Shown here one piece after another: positions 9,005 to 18,372 of a DNA stretch of 64,000 bases. The position numbers and the translations under genes were made by a program. Location of the stretch: the NCBI GenBank assembly GCA_963657245.1, contig CAVKLJ010000003.1, forward strand, positions 1,219 to 65,218, in the 5' to 3' direction. Numbering within the stretch: position 1 is the stretch's first letter; each line of letters starts with the position of its first letter. The notes under the pieces are model-generated. The model worked only from the letters and a program-made list of their open reading frames with translations. It was not told the DNA's origin and ran no database searches. The stretch is from Lachnospiraceae bacterium. GTDB taxonomy: Bacteria > Bacillota_I > Bacilli_A > RFN20 > CAG-826.

Positions 9005-9903
9005 TACTCAGTTAAAAAGTCAGAAAGGACTTTGTATACGAGATGATTGTCTTTTTCATTATGGATTTCATGGCGCATGTGACTAAACATATGAATTCTC
9101 ACGTCCTTGACTCCAAGCTTTGTATACATTTCCTTTAAGCGTCTTGGTCCTTTCCCCATCTCACCAACCGGGTCTTCCTCTCCGGCGACAATAAGAATTG
9201 TTTCTTCTTTAGATATATTTTTCAAGTTTTTCTTTTTATAGAGTTCGTTCATTCCACGTAAAAACTCTTTCCAGAAGCCATGAGTATTCTCTGCTCCACA
9301 ATAAGGATCGTCATTGTATTGCTTAATATTATCTTCATTATATGAAAGCCAATCTAAGTCACTCTTACGGTTTTTAACGGACTTGCTATATGCACCAAGG
9401 CTGGCGTTAGAAATAAATTTAGAAGGTTTGTCCCAATTCTTTTTGTTTGTAAGCAAAGAAGCCAAATGGAAAGCAAAGAACATTTTTGCTCTTGCAGGGC
9501 CATTGGAACTCCAAATGACAACTTTATCTGCCGTATGAGGGAAAAGTTCCAAATAACGTTGCGTCATGAATGACCCCATTGAATGGCCCATGATATAGGT
9601 AGGAAGTTTCGTTGTCTCTTTTAATTCTGCAACTTTCTCGTGAGCTGCAGTTACGTTGATGTCAAACGCATTTTCAAACCATTTTTGTTGGTCCTCAACT
9701 TTAGGAGCATTTAACCCTTGTCCAACAGCATCGAGGACATATATATTGATGCCAAACGTATTCAAATACTTAGCAAGATCGTCATAACGCTCAGAATGCT
9801 CTTGCATACCTGTCATCATGACCAAATTTGATTTTGGATTTTCAACTTCCCAGCAATTGCCCTTTTGCGTCCAATTACCGACTTTGACCTCAAAAACTTT
9901 CAT
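9004..9903 (-). CDS. alpha/beta hydrolase, lysophospholipase/monoacylglycerol-lipase-like
   Basis: Nucleophile elbow GHSMGS, C-terminal D and H (FSHMRHEIHNE). Its stop overlaps the start of the downstream membrane protein gene at 9004. Confidence 0.8.
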   Translation of the reverse strand: MKVFEVKVGNWTQKGNCWEVENPKSNLVMMTGMQEHSERYDDLAKYLNTFGINIYVLDAVGQGLNAPKVEDQQKWFENAFDINVTAAHEKVAELKETTKLPTYIMGHSMGSFMTQRYLELFPHTADKVVIWSSNGPARAKMFFAFHLASLLTNKKNWDKPSKFISNASLGAYSKSVKNRKSDLDWLSYNEDNIKQYNDDPYCGAENTHGFWKEFLRGMNELYKKKNLKNISKEETILIVAGEEDPVGEMGKGPRRLKEMYTKLGVKDVRIHMFSHMRHEIHNEKDNHLVYKVLSDFLTE

Positions 9904-10069
9904 GTTTAATACCTCTTATATTTATTAATAAGAATTATAACCTATTTACCGAAATAATGGGATGAAGGTTAATTTTTCTTATATGTATAGCATTTGTATT
10001 GTTTTTATATTGTTTTATTATTGTTTGTAAAGCATTTTGCTAGTATATTTATATATGCAAAGGAAAAAT

Positions 10070-10276
10070 ATGGATAAAGTTATAATCACAGTACGCATAG
10101 ATGAGAGCCTTAAAGACGATGCACAAAAGCTTTTTAATGACATCGGTATATCGATGAGCAGCGCCATAAACGTCTTCTTAAAACAATGCGTAAAAGAAGG
10201 AAAGATACCTTTTGAGCTTGCAGGAAAGCCAAAAACCTCGAATGCAGGCAGAAAAATAAAGCCTCTACATAGTTAA
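10070..10276 (+). CDS. RelB/DinJ family type II antitoxin (68 aa)
   Basis: Start moved to ATG 10070 (MDKVIITVRIDESLK...). The pattern v-x-v-R-I-D-E-x-L-K ... G-I-S-x-S-x-A-I ... IPFEL closely parallels E. coli DinJ. Confidence 0.75.
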   Translation: MDKVIITVRIDESLKDDAQKLFNDIGISMSSAINVFLKQCVKEGKIPFELAGKPKTSNAGRKIKPLHS

Positions 10277-10288
10277 TAGAGGCTTTTT
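10261..10288 (+). terminator. intrinsic terminator of the relB/dinJ-like gene
   Basis: GCCTCTA(10261-10267)-9 nt-TAGAGGC(10277-10283) followed by TTTTT. The stop codon lies in the loop. Confidence 0.75.
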
Positions 10289-10314
10289 AAAGGTTCTTTG
10301 CTAAATAATCTACG

Positions 10315-10920
10315 TTATCTAAGCGTATATTCTCTGTATTCATTAGATTTTTCGATGAATCCGTATTTTGAATTAATTTTGTATATGTAAGACAAATATC
10401 TTTGAGATCTTTTATAGTTTTTCTCATCGAATTTGTCTAATGAAAATATATTGATGTTATCTTGTAAATCTAACATTTTACATAGAGCGGATATAGGATT
10501 TCCTAAGCAAACATCGATATATGAAGCGTAATCCACGCTTTTATCATGTGTGATCCTTATTAATGGGTCTTTTATATACTCTCTAAAATAGTCTCCTTGA
10601 CCACATTCCTCAAAATTCTTTTCTACATCCTCGATAGTCCAACTACTATCTTCAATTACATCATGAAGAAGGCATACTTCAGATACTCCTTCAAAAGGAA
10701 TGCCCAATTCTTTAAGCCTAATCTTATCTATTGGCATTCCTATTCCTAATTGAATCAAATCAAGATACCTTTTATTGCATCTTAACGGATGGTTCATATA
10801 AGGCTCTCCATTTATCCTTCTTTGGCCTTTATGGGCATAAATCATAATCCTTAAACTTATACTTATAGGATTATTATCTTGCCTCATTATATTTCGCGTT
10901 TCATCAGATATCATCATCAT
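10315..10920 (-). CDS. HD-domain protein, RelA/SpoT-hydrolase-like (small alarmone hydrolase-like)
   Basis: AHKGQRRINGEPYMNHPLR and LLHDVIEDSSWTIEDVEKNF match the (p)ppGpp-hydrolase HD_4 motifs. SD AAGGAG lies upstream of ATG 10920. Confidence 0.7.
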   Translation of the reverse strand: MMMISDETRNIMRQDNNPISISLRIMIYAHKGQRRINGEPYMNHPLRCNKRYLDLIQLGIGMPIDKIRLKELGIPFEGVSEVCLLHDVIEDSSWTIEDVEKNFEECGQGDYFREYIKDPLIRITHDKSVDYASYIDVCLGNPISALCKMLDLQDNINIFSLDKFDEKNYKRSQRYLSYIYKINSKYGFIEKSNEYREYTLR

Positions 10921-11001
10921 TTTTCCATCTCCTTACAACACCATTATTCTATTAATGGAGGAACGAAAAATGGTCAAACGCGATTTGACATTTTAAGATT
11001 G

Positions 11002-11391
11002 TTAAAGCAAGGAAAAATCTTCGCAACCATTATTGATTAAAAGTTCATTTACCTCGTAAATGTCATATATTTGGTTCTCAATCGCATATCTTATGATTAA
11101 GGCAAACTTATTCGCGCTAGACAAAGTAAAACCAGCTTTCTTCAGAAGATATTTACATTCGTGATTGTTTAAATGCATCCCTAACGCAATTTTCACACAT
11201 GCATTTAATGATGGTGATGACTTTCCGGATATTATTGATGACCAAAGCTGTCTAGAAATGTTTACTTTGCTATATATTTCCGAAGGATTTGATATCCCGT
11301 GTTTATCCATAAGAAAATAGATATAATCGACAAATGATTGGGATTTTTCATCATTCTTTTGATGTTCTTGGATAAACTCTTCTAAGGTCAT
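11002..11391 (-). CDS. small HTH (XRE-like) DNA-binding protein
   Basis: Start set at ATG 11391 (MTLEEF...). The segment ISRQLWSSIISGK...ACVKIALGMHLNNHECKYLLKKAGFTLS aligns by eye with the C-terminal ~110 aa of the 1230-aa NTPase. Confidence 0.65.
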   Translation of the reverse strand: MTLEEFIQEHQKNDEKSQSFVDYIYFLMDKHGISNPSEIYSKVNISRQLWSSIISGKSSPSLNACVKIALGMHLNNHECKYLLKKAGFTLSSANKFALIIRYAIENQIYDIYEVNELLINNGCEDFSLL

Positions 11392-11427
11392 ATTACACAA
11401 AAATCTTATAAGCTAATATATTTTATA

Positions 11428-11453
11428 GCAAAAAGCAGGCACTAAGCCTGCTT
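11428..11453 (-). terminator. intrinsic terminator of galE
   Basis: AAGCAGGC(11433-11440)-ACTAA-GCCTGCTT(11446-11453), followed on the minus strand by TTTTT. Confidence 0.75.
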
Positions 11454-11471
11454 TCATAGATTACATAAATC

Positions 11472-12488
11472 TTATTTAATGCCTTCTGGATTCTTCTTTT
11501 GGAAATTATAGGCATCTCTACACGCATCTTCGATGGTGTATTTAGCTTTCCAATGTAATTCTTCAGAGGCTTTTGTGCAATCGGCATAGTTTTCCGCAAC
11601 GTCTCCTGCACGTCTTCCAACGATTTCATAAGGAATCTTCACGTCATTAGCTTTTTCATAGGCGTGGACTAACTCTAATACCGATGTGCCTCTTCCTGTT
11701 CCAAGGTTATAAACGACATAACCTGGTTTTTCCTCAAGTTTCTTAAGGGCTGCAACGTGTCCATCAGCAAGATCAACAACGTGAATATAGTCACGAACAC
11801 CAGTTCCATCAACTGTTGGATAATCATCGCCGAATATACGAAGGCATTTTAATTTTCCAATGGCAACCTGGGAAACGTATGGTAATAAGTTATTTGGAAT
11901 GCCGTTTGGATCTTCGCCAAGAAGGCCTGATGGATGTCCGCCAATTGGATTGAAATAACGTAAGATTCCCATGTTGAAGGATGGCTCAGCAATTTGAACG
12001 TCTTTTAAAATTCTTTCGATCATTACTTTTGTTTCGCCATATGGGTTTGTGGCTTCAGCAACTGGATCGGATTCATAAAGAGGGACTCTTTTTGGAACGC
12101 CATAAACTGTTGCAGACGAAGAGAAGATAATATTCTTAACGTCATATTTCTTCATCATTTTAACGATAACGAGTAATGTTTCGAGGTTGTTTTCGTAATA
12201 TTCGATTGGCTTAGCAACTGATTCCCCAACTGCCTTATAACCGGCAAAATGGATGATGGCGTCAATCTTATTTTCCTTGAAGATTTTTTCTGTTTGTTCC
12301 TCTTCTTTAACGTCTACTTTATAGAACTGAGGACGTTTTCCGGTGATTGTTTCGATACGATCGAGAACCGCCTCTTTAGCGTTATAGAGATTATCTACAA
12401 CGATAGGTTCATAGCCGTTTTCAATGAGCCTAATGACAGTCTCGCTTCCGATGAAGCCAAGACCTCCAGTAACTAAAATGTTTTTCAT
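11472..12488 (-). CDS. galE: UDP-glucose 4-epimerase
   Basis: N-terminal VTGGLGFIGS Rossmann motif, YxxxK (YGETK), full-length SDR-extended epimerase. Confidence 0.93.
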   Translation of the reverse strand: MKNILVTGGLGFIGSETVIRLIENGYEPIVVDNLYNAKEAVLDRIETITGKRPQFYKVDVKEEEQTEKIFKENKIDAIIHFAGYKAVGESVAKPIEYYENNLETLLVIVKMMKKYDVKNIIFSSSATVYGVPKRVPLYESDPVAEATNPYGETKVMIERILKDVQIAEPSFNMGILRYFNPIGGHPSGLLGEDPNGIPNNLLPYVSQVAIGKLKCLRIFGDDYPTVDGTGVRDYIHVVDLADGHVAALKKLEEKPGYVVYNLGTGRGTSVLELVHAYEKANDVKIPYEIVGRRAGDVAENYADCTKASEELHWKAKYTIEDACRDAYNFQKKNPEGIK

Positions 12489-12491
12489 CTA

Positions 12492-13193
12492 TTATTTCTC
12501 CTTTTTATTATGAGTTTTCTTTGCTTGTTCTGATGCTAGACGTTGAGCTTTCTTCGCTTCTTTTTTCTCACGTCTAACTTCTTTTCTTGTTGGAGTTTCT
12601 TCTTTTTTAGCATTCTCCAAATAACGATATAAAGCCTGAGCTACAAGTTGATAAACTGTAGCTTGCACAGACATTCTTAAAGCAATTAATCCAATCGAAT
12701 CATCAAGATATTTCTTAGCTTTTTCAGGATCTTCGTCTTTTTGGGATTCATAGGTTTCGGAAAACCTATCAACTCTAGTTTTAGCTTTTCCAACTACATC
12801 CCTAAAGACATCCGAAGACATTGTGCGGAAAAAACGATAAAGAACAGCTTTATCGCTTGTAGCATCCTTATCCATAGAGATAATAAGTCCGATATCTCCC
12901 ATGCTTATAACATTTTTAAGGAGAGATATGGCTAATAAATATCCTAAATGATCGACGTTATATTTCTTTTTATCTGGTTCTTCAATTATTTTGGCTTTAA
13001 CGTAATTGTTTACCATGTAAGAGGTGAGCAATTGTTTGTCATCAACACTTAACGGTTCAAGGATAGAATTAACATAGGAAACAACCTGTTCCATGTATAA
13101 AGGAACAGCTGGTAGATGATCATAAGAAGGTAGTTCAAAAGAGACTGCCTTATCAAGAAAATCTTTTAGTTTTTCTAATTCTTCCTCGTTCAT
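12492..13193 (-). CDS. DUF1836-like protein with K/E-rich C-terminal tail
   Basis: LPAVPLYMEQVVSYV...LTSYMVNNYVKAKII..PDKKKY resembles the DUF1836 consensus. The stop of gatB overlaps its start. Confidence 0.55.
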   Translation of the reverse strand: MNEEELEKLKDFLDKAVSFELPSYDHLPAVPLYMEQVVSYVNSILEPLSVDDKQLLTSYMVNNYVKAKIIEEPDKKKYNVDHLGYLLAISLLKNVISMGDIGLIISMDKDATSDKAVLYRFFRTMSSDVFRDVVGKAKTRVDRFSETYESQKDEDPEKAKKYLDDSIGLIALRMSVQATVYQLVAQALYRYLENAKKEETPTRKEVRREKKEAKKAQRLASEQAKKTHNKKEK

Positions 13194-14617
13194 CTCTTAT
13201 CAATTTCCTCACGTAAAATCTTTGAAACTTCAGCTGGATTAACCTTACCATGGCTTGCTTTCATAATTTGTCCAACTAAGAATCCAAGGACTCTTTGGTT
13301 ACCCGCTTTGAAGTCGTTTATTGATTGTGGATTATCATCCAATACCTTAGTTACAAAGCCAAGAATTGTCGATGAATCCGACACTTGAGCAACGATATGT
13401 AAGCTTTCCTTTGCCTCAGTTGGAGAGCAAGAATCGCTTAAAACCTTATTGAGGATATCCACACATTGTTTATGTGAAAGTCCACCTTTTTCTTGGTAAG
13501 AAACAATTTCTCCTAATGTTTCAGGGGATAAGCTAAACTCATCGATGCCAATACCATTCTTATTCAAATAAGAGTTAATTTCAACAATTAAAAAGTTAGC
13601 GAGGTTCTTAGCATTTGTTACTTTTCCTAATCCTTTTTCGAAATAAGCAGCCATTTTTGGGTTAGAAAGAATGACGGCTGCGTCACTTTCAGAAAGCCCT
13701 GCTTTAAGGTATCTTTCTTTCTTCGAATCATATAATTCAGGGCATGTATCGATAGCATTTTTCACAAATTCATCGGATAAATGAATAGGCGTGATATTAG
13801 GTTCGCAGAAATATTTGTAATCAACCGCATCGGTTTTGACACGCATCAAAACCGTACGTCCACTTGCTTCATCCCAACGTCTTGTTTCTTGTTGAATCTT
13901 AATTCCTTGTAAAAGGAGTTCAGATTGACGTTTCATCTCATATTCGATGGCAAGTTCGATATTCTTAAAGGAGTTGATATTCTTAATTTCAACCTTGGTT
14001 CCAAATTCTTTTTGACCATATGGACGGAGGGAAATGTTCGTATCACAACGCATTGAGCCTTCTTCCATCTTTCCATCACTTGTTCCGGAATAAACAACGA
14101 TATTTCTTATTGCTTCGGCATATTCTCTTGCTTCAACACCGTTAGAAATTTCTGGTAAAGAGACAATTTCACAAAGAGGGACGCCAGCACGGTTATAGTC
14201 TAAGAGAGAATAATCCATGAAGTGTTCTTGCTTACAAGTGTCTTCTTCCATATGAATTCTTTCGATACCAATACGTTTTGGTCCATTTGGCGTAGCAACG
14301 ATTACATAGCCATTTTTACCAATAGGTCTTCTTTGTTGGGTAATTTGGAATCCCTTTGGAAGATCGGAATAGAAATAGTTTTTACGGTCAAAATAAAGGG
14401 TGTGATCGATTTCCATATGTAAAGCGTTTGCAACACGAATAGCATTGATAACAGCTTGTTTATTTACAACTGGCATTGTGCCTGGAAAGCCCATATCAAG
14501 AGGGGCAGTTTGAGTATTTGGGTCACGAGAGAATGAGTTTGGGGCAGCAGAAAACATCTTAGATTTTGTTTTTTGCTGAACGTGGATCTCTAAGCCAATA
14601 ATTGCTTCAAAGTTCAT
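13190..14617 (-). CDS. gatB: Asp/Glu-tRNA(Asn/Gln) amidotransferase subunit B
   Basis: Full-length GatB (GLEIHVQ, C-terminal YqeY-like domain). 4-nt overlap with gatA. Confidence 0.95.
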   Translation of the reverse strand: MNFEAIIGLEIHVQQKTKSKMFSAAPNSFSRDPNTQTAPLDMGFPGTMPVVNKQAVINAIRVANALHMEIDHTLYFDRKNYFYSDLPKGFQITQQRRPIGKNGYVIVATPNGPKRIGIERIHMEEDTCKQEHFMDYSLLDYNRAGVPLCEIVSLPEISNGVEAREYAEAIRNIVVYSGTSDGKMEEGSMRCDTNISLRPYGQKEFGTKVEIKNINSFKNIELAIEYEMKRQSELLLQGIKIQQETRRWDEASGRTVLMRVKTDAVDYKYFCEPNITPIHLSDEFVKNAIDTCPELYDSKKERYLKAGLSESDAAVILSNPKMAAYFEKGLGKVTNAKNLANFLIVEINSYLNKNGIGIDEFSLSPETLGEIVSYQEKGGLSHKQCVDILNKVLSDSCSPTEAKESLHIVAQVSDSSTILGFVTKVLDDNPQSINDFKAGNQRVLGFLVGQIMKASHGKVNPAEVSKILREEIDKR

Positions 14618-16083
14618 AAATTTCCCTCCTTCATATTACTAACACTTAAATCTTTTAAGCCGCTTGCTTTTTCATACGCTCTAGCGACTTGGAATAATTT
14701 CTTTTCTTCAAAAGCTCTACCCATGAAATTAACACCGATTGGTAGTTTGTTTTGGAAGAAAAGAGGTAAGGTAATTGATGGAAGACCAGCAAAGTTACCT
14801 AAGCAGAGATGGTTATCGGCGATTAAATATTCATCGGATAAACGATCGCTTGAAGCATCGAATTTATGTGCGGTAGATGGAGCGGCTGGAAGATAGATGA
14901 AATCGTAATCTTTTAAGACATTATTAACCGTTTCTACAACCTTTGATCTATTCCTTTGAGCACGTAGGAAGAGTTCTTCTTGATTCTCGCTCATCAAGCA
15001 ATAAGAGCCGATAACAAAACGACGTTTGATCAATTCTGAGAAGCCTTCGTTTCTAGCGTTAAACATAACTTCTTGATATGTTTTTCCACCTTTATATTCA
15101 CCAAACTTAATGCCGTCAAGATTGGCGTCGTTTGATGTTGCTTCAGAACAAGAAATAACCATGTATGTTGCATATAAAGACTCTAGCAATTTAACATCAA
15201 AATTTACAAAATCAACGCTAATTCCCATTTCTTTTAAGGCTTTGATTGAATTGTCGAAATGTTTCTTTAATTCTTCATTTGAGATTGAATCATAGATTTC
15301 TTTTATGACTGCAATCTTCAATCCTTTAACATCTTTATCAAGGTCTTCGAGATAGTTATCTACAACTTTCGTAGAAGAGGTCGAATCGTGATCGTCTCTG
15401 CCAGCAAGGCAATTAAGTAAGGCCGCAGAAGAATAAACGTCACGAGTGAAATATCCAACATGATCAAGGGATGGAGCGAATGGGAATAGTCCATAACGAG
15501 AGATTCTTCCCCAAGTTGGTTTTAAACCGACAAGTCCGGCATAAGAAGCAGGTTTACGAACTGAGTCGCCTGTATCTGAGCCTAAGGCAAACGGAACGAT
15601 ATTTGCAGCAACCGCAGCTGCACTTCCGCAAGATGATCCACCAATTCCATAGGTATGTGTTGGATCATATGGGTTGTATGTTTTTCCTAAGTGACCAGTA
15701 GTTCCTGTGCCGCCCATTGCTAGCTCATCAAGCGTTGACTTAGCAATCATGATGGCTTTCGCATCTCTTAATTTTGTAATTACTGTCGCGTCATACACCG
15801 GAACATATCCATTAAGAATGTTGCTAGATGCGGTCGTAGGCACACCTTTTGTCGAGAAATTATCTTTTGCAACATATGGAATTCCCCACAATGGATTATC
15901 TATTTCTGGTTCGGTTAACGTTGAAGCAAAGGCAATAGCCCCCTCATCATCGATATATTCGAACGCGTTGTCTTTATTTTCATGTGCTCTCTTTAAGGCC
16001 TCTTTTGTAAGCTCGAGAGGAGTTACTTTTTTCGTAACTAAGGCCTGGTGTAACTCTTCGATTGATAAATCTAAATAACTCAT
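14614..16083 (-). CDS. gatA: Asp/Glu-tRNA(Asn/Gln) amidotransferase subunit A
   Basis: Amidase signature GGSSCGSAAAVA and Ser-cisSer-Lys context. Overlaps gatC and gatB. Confidence 0.95.
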   Translation of the reverse strand: MSYLDLSIEELHQALVTKKVTPLELTKEALKRAHENKDNAFEYIDDEGAIAFASTLTEPEIDNPLWGIPYVAKDNFSTKGVPTTASSNILNGYVPVYDATVITKLRDAKAIMIAKSTLDELAMGGTGTTGHLGKTYNPYDPTHTYGIGGSSCGSAAAVAANIVPFALGSDTGDSVRKPASYAGLVGLKPTWGRISRYGLFPFAPSLDHVGYFTRDVYSSAALLNCLAGRDDHDSTSSTKVVDNYLEDLDKDVKGLKIAVIKEIYDSISNEELKKHFDNSIKALKEMGISVDFVNFDVKLLESLYATYMVISCSEATSNDANLDGIKFGEYKGGKTYQEVMFNARNEGFSELIKRRFVIGSYCLMSENQEELFLRAQRNRSKVVETVNNVLKDYDFIYLPAAPSTAHKFDASSDRLSDEYLIADNHLCLGNFAGLPSITLPLFFQNKLPIGVNFMGRAFEEKKLFQVARAYEKASGLKDLSVSNMKEGNL

Positions 16084-16376
16084 AAAACCACCTTTGGCAA
16101 TTTGATTTGATTGTCTTGTTTGTTGCCCGCATTCTTTAACGCTTCTTCTCTGGATAAAGCCTCATCTGGCGTATCTTCACGAAGGAAGGAAGTTTCGCAG
16201 TCAAAAGGGAAAGTCATTGGCTCATATTTGTCCAAATCAGGAATTTCACCAATCATGCCCATTTGTTTAATAAGTGTTTTGAATTCGTCTTGCAGGGTAT
16301 CGTATTGCTCATCGGACATAGTAAAAAGCAAACGATTTGCTGCATCAACTAATACTTCTTTTGTAATTTTTTTCAT
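16080..16376 (-). CDS. gatC: Asp/Glu-tRNA(Asn/Gln) amidotransferase subunit C
   Basis: 98-aa protein directly upstream of and overlapping gatA. Size and position are typical of GatC. Confidence 0.85.
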   Translation of the reverse strand: MKKITKEVLVDAANRLLFTMSDEQYDTLQDEFKTLIKQMGMIGEIPDLDKYEPMTFPFDCETSFLREDTPDEALSREEALKNAGNKQDNQIKLPKVVL

Positions 16377-16433
16377 AACTTTTTACCCTAAAAAGGTTAC
16401 CACTTTAAGGCAATAATAGAAAGTATAACAACT

Positions 16434-16456
16434 AAAAAAGCTCTCCTTAGGAGAGC
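16434..16456 (-). terminator. intrinsic terminator of the prfA-rpiB operon
   Basis: GCTCTCC(16440-16446)-TTA-GGAGAGC(16450-16456), followed on the minus strand by TTTTTT. Confidence 0.8.
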
Positions 16457-16461
16457 AAATG

Positions 16462-16908
16462 TCATTTTTGTTTATTTTCGATATCGGAGATTTTCTTAAC
16501 TCTTTCGGTATGTCTGCCACCTTCAAATGGGGTTGTTAGGAAGAGATCGACCCTTGGAAGAACTTCTTCAACCGTCATGAATCTTCCTGCGAAAGCAATA
16601 ACGTTGCCATCATTATGTTGTCTTAAAAGTTTTGAGACTTCATCGTTATATCCGATTCCACAACGAACCCCTTTAACCTTATTCGCAGAGATAGAAATTC
16701 CTTCAGCTGAGCCGCAACATAAGATACCATAATCGGCTTCTTTTTTTACCACTGCTTCACCAACTTTTTCTCCAAAATCAGGATAGTCAACTCTTTCTGG
16801 CGAATAGCATCCTTCATCAAGAACTTCATAACCTTTGCTAAGAAGATATTTCCTTATTTCTTCTTTGAGTTCAAATCCAGCGTGATCACTACCTAAGGCG
16901 ATTTTCAT
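16462..16908 (-). CDS. rpiB: ribose-5-phosphate isomerase B
   Basis: Start set at ATG 16908 (MKIALGSDHAG) behind GGGAGG. RpiB/LacAB family motifs are present. Confidence 0.9.
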   Translation of the reverse strand: MKIALGSDHAGFELKEEIRKYLLSKGYEVLDEGCYSPERVDYPDFGEKVGEAVVKKEADYGILCCGSAEGISISANKVKGVRCGIGYNDEVSKLLRQHNDGNVIAFAGRFMTVEEVLPRVDLFLTTPFEGGRHTERVKKISDIENKQK

Positions 16909-16910
16909 AA

Positions 16911-17519
16911 TTATTCCTCCCAAACCTTTAAGATATCCTCATATTTAATAGGTCCTTCACGAACCAATTTAATTTCATTTGGTTTTGATAAATCAATAAT
17001 TGTTGATGCTTCTTTGGAGATGCATTCACCTTTAACAATGCCGCCAATTTGATTATCAAAATAAGAAAGAACTTCAGAATACTCTCTAGACGTTGGTTGT
17101 CCTGAGATGTTTGCAGACGTTAATAAGATTGGCTTACCTAAAGCAGTTAAGAGATCTTGGATAAATTTATAGGCAGGGATTCTTATGCCAATAACGTTAG
17201 TTCCTAAAGTAACGTGCCATGGCAAATCTTTCTTTGCATTGACTAGAACAGTTAACTCTCCAGGAAGAAATTTCTCCATAATTCTTTTTGCGCGAGAATC
17301 CACATCGATATAATTAAGGGAATATTCAACACTCTTACACGCTAAAGCAAATGGTTTATCAGGCGAGCGTCTTTTAAGTTTCACCATTTCATCAAAGGCT
17401 TTTTTGGAGTCGTAAATTACTGCAACACCATATACAGTTTCAGTTGGTAAAGCTAATACTTCTTCATTTTGAAGGACTTTTACAGCATCTTTTACGTTTT
17501 TTTGATTTAAGTATTCCAT
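16911..17519 (-). CDS. tsaC: L-threonylcarbamoyladenylate synthase (YrdC/YwlC/Sua5 family)
   Basis: Start set at ATG 17519 behind GAGGAG, just after the prmC stop. LPTETVYGVA motif. Confidence 0.85.
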   Translation of the reverse strand: MEYLNQKNVKDAVKVLQNEEVLALPTETVYGVAVIYDSKKAFDEMVKLKRRSPDKPFALACKSVEYSLNYIDVDSRAKRIMEKFLPGELTVLVNAKKDLPWHVTLGTNVIGIRIPAYKFIQDLLTALGKPILLTSANISGQPTSREYSEVLSYFDNQIGGIVKGECISKEASTIIDLSKPNEIKLVREGPIKYEDILKVWEE

Positions 17520-17523
17520 TTTC

Positions 17524-18372
17524 TTACTCCTCATAGACAAATAAGAAACGAGTAAATCCATTAAGATCTTTTTCAAAATAGAACTCAGGTTTATCCATAT
17601 ATTTGTTTATCAACGACCTAAGATAATCTTCAAGATCTGGAGAGATTTCAAATACCATTAAAATATCTCCTTTTTTAACCTTCTTGTAGTCTCTAAATAT
17701 TGACTCATAAACTGAATGATTTTTATCAAGCCATAAAGCACTTGCTGGTTCATATCTTTTTACAGAAGATTGTGCATCTTCTTCATTAAGAATATAAGGT
17801 GGGTTTGAGATGATAATGTCTAGGTTTATCTTATTCTCAATATAAGGTTCTAAGGCATCTCCTAATAATGTTTGTACGTTAATGTTATTCGCATGGAAAT
17901 TCTTTTTTGCAACTTCTAACGCTTTAGGAGAAATATCGCTTGCAACCGTTAGCCAATTCGGAAAATATGACTTAATCGCGATAGGAATACAACCACTGCC
18001 CGTGCCAACGTCTCCACAAACAAGATACATTCTTGGATCATAGAATTTATTTATGTTTTCTGATAGTTTTGCAATCATCTCCTCCGTTTCTCCGCGAGGA
18101 ATTAAAACATTCTCATCAACATATAATTTTTGTCCTAAAAAATCAGCTTCATGAAGAATATATTCAACTGGCATATCATCGTCAATTAATTGATGATATT
18201 GCTTTTGAAAAAGAGAATAGTTTTTCATCTCTTTTTCTTTGTTTATCAAAACTTCTATTTGCTCAGTGTAGCCTTCATCTTTCATGATTAAAAGACGTAA
18301 GTCAATTGGCTCAACCCCTTTATCTTTGCCATAATCCCACGCTTCTTTTAAAGCATCATTTATTTTCGGCAT
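17524..18372 (-). CDS. prmC: release factor glutamine N5-methyltransferase
   Basis: SAM-binding CGDVGTGSGCI and catalytic NPPY. Overlaps the prfA stop. Confidence 0.9.
   Translation of the reverse strand: MPKINDALKEAWDYGKDKGVEPIDLRLLIMKDEGYTEQIEVLINKEKEMKNYSLFQKQYHQLIDDDMPVEYILHEADFLGQKLYVDENVLIPRGETEEMIAKLSENINKFYDPRMYLVCGDVGTGSGCIPIAIKSYFPNWLTVASDISPKALEVAKKNFHANNINVQTLLGDALEPYIENKINLDIIISNPPYILNEEDAQSSVKRYEPASALWLDKNHSVYESIFRDYKKVKKGDILMVFEISPDLEDYLRSLINKYMDKPEFYFEKDLNGFTRFLFVYEE

Noticed and set aside
6886-9086. Several 66-135-aa ORFs (6886..7293, 7388..7588, 7987..8277, 8135..8389, 8679..9086) overlapping the Wzy-like gene.
   Set aside because: All lie within or antisense to the 691-aa membrane protein ORF, whose hydrophobic periodicity supports it as the real frame.
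10970-10996. Plus-strand 8-codon mini-ORF (MVKRDLTF) behind a GGAGG.
   Set aside because: It lies between two minus-strand genes with no plus-strand promoter context. Chance occurrence is likely in AT-rich DNA.
11423-11629. 68-aa minus-strand ORF overlapping the 3' end of galE and its terminator.
   Set aside because: Alternate frame of galE that runs through the terminator hairpin. No SD and no conservation signal.
15707-16078. 123-aa ORF on the plus strand inside gatA (also 15110..15295 and 15471..15701).
   Set aside because: Fully nested antisense to a strongly conserved gene. The S/A/V/F-rich translation is typical of the reverse frame of AT-rich coding DNA. No SD.
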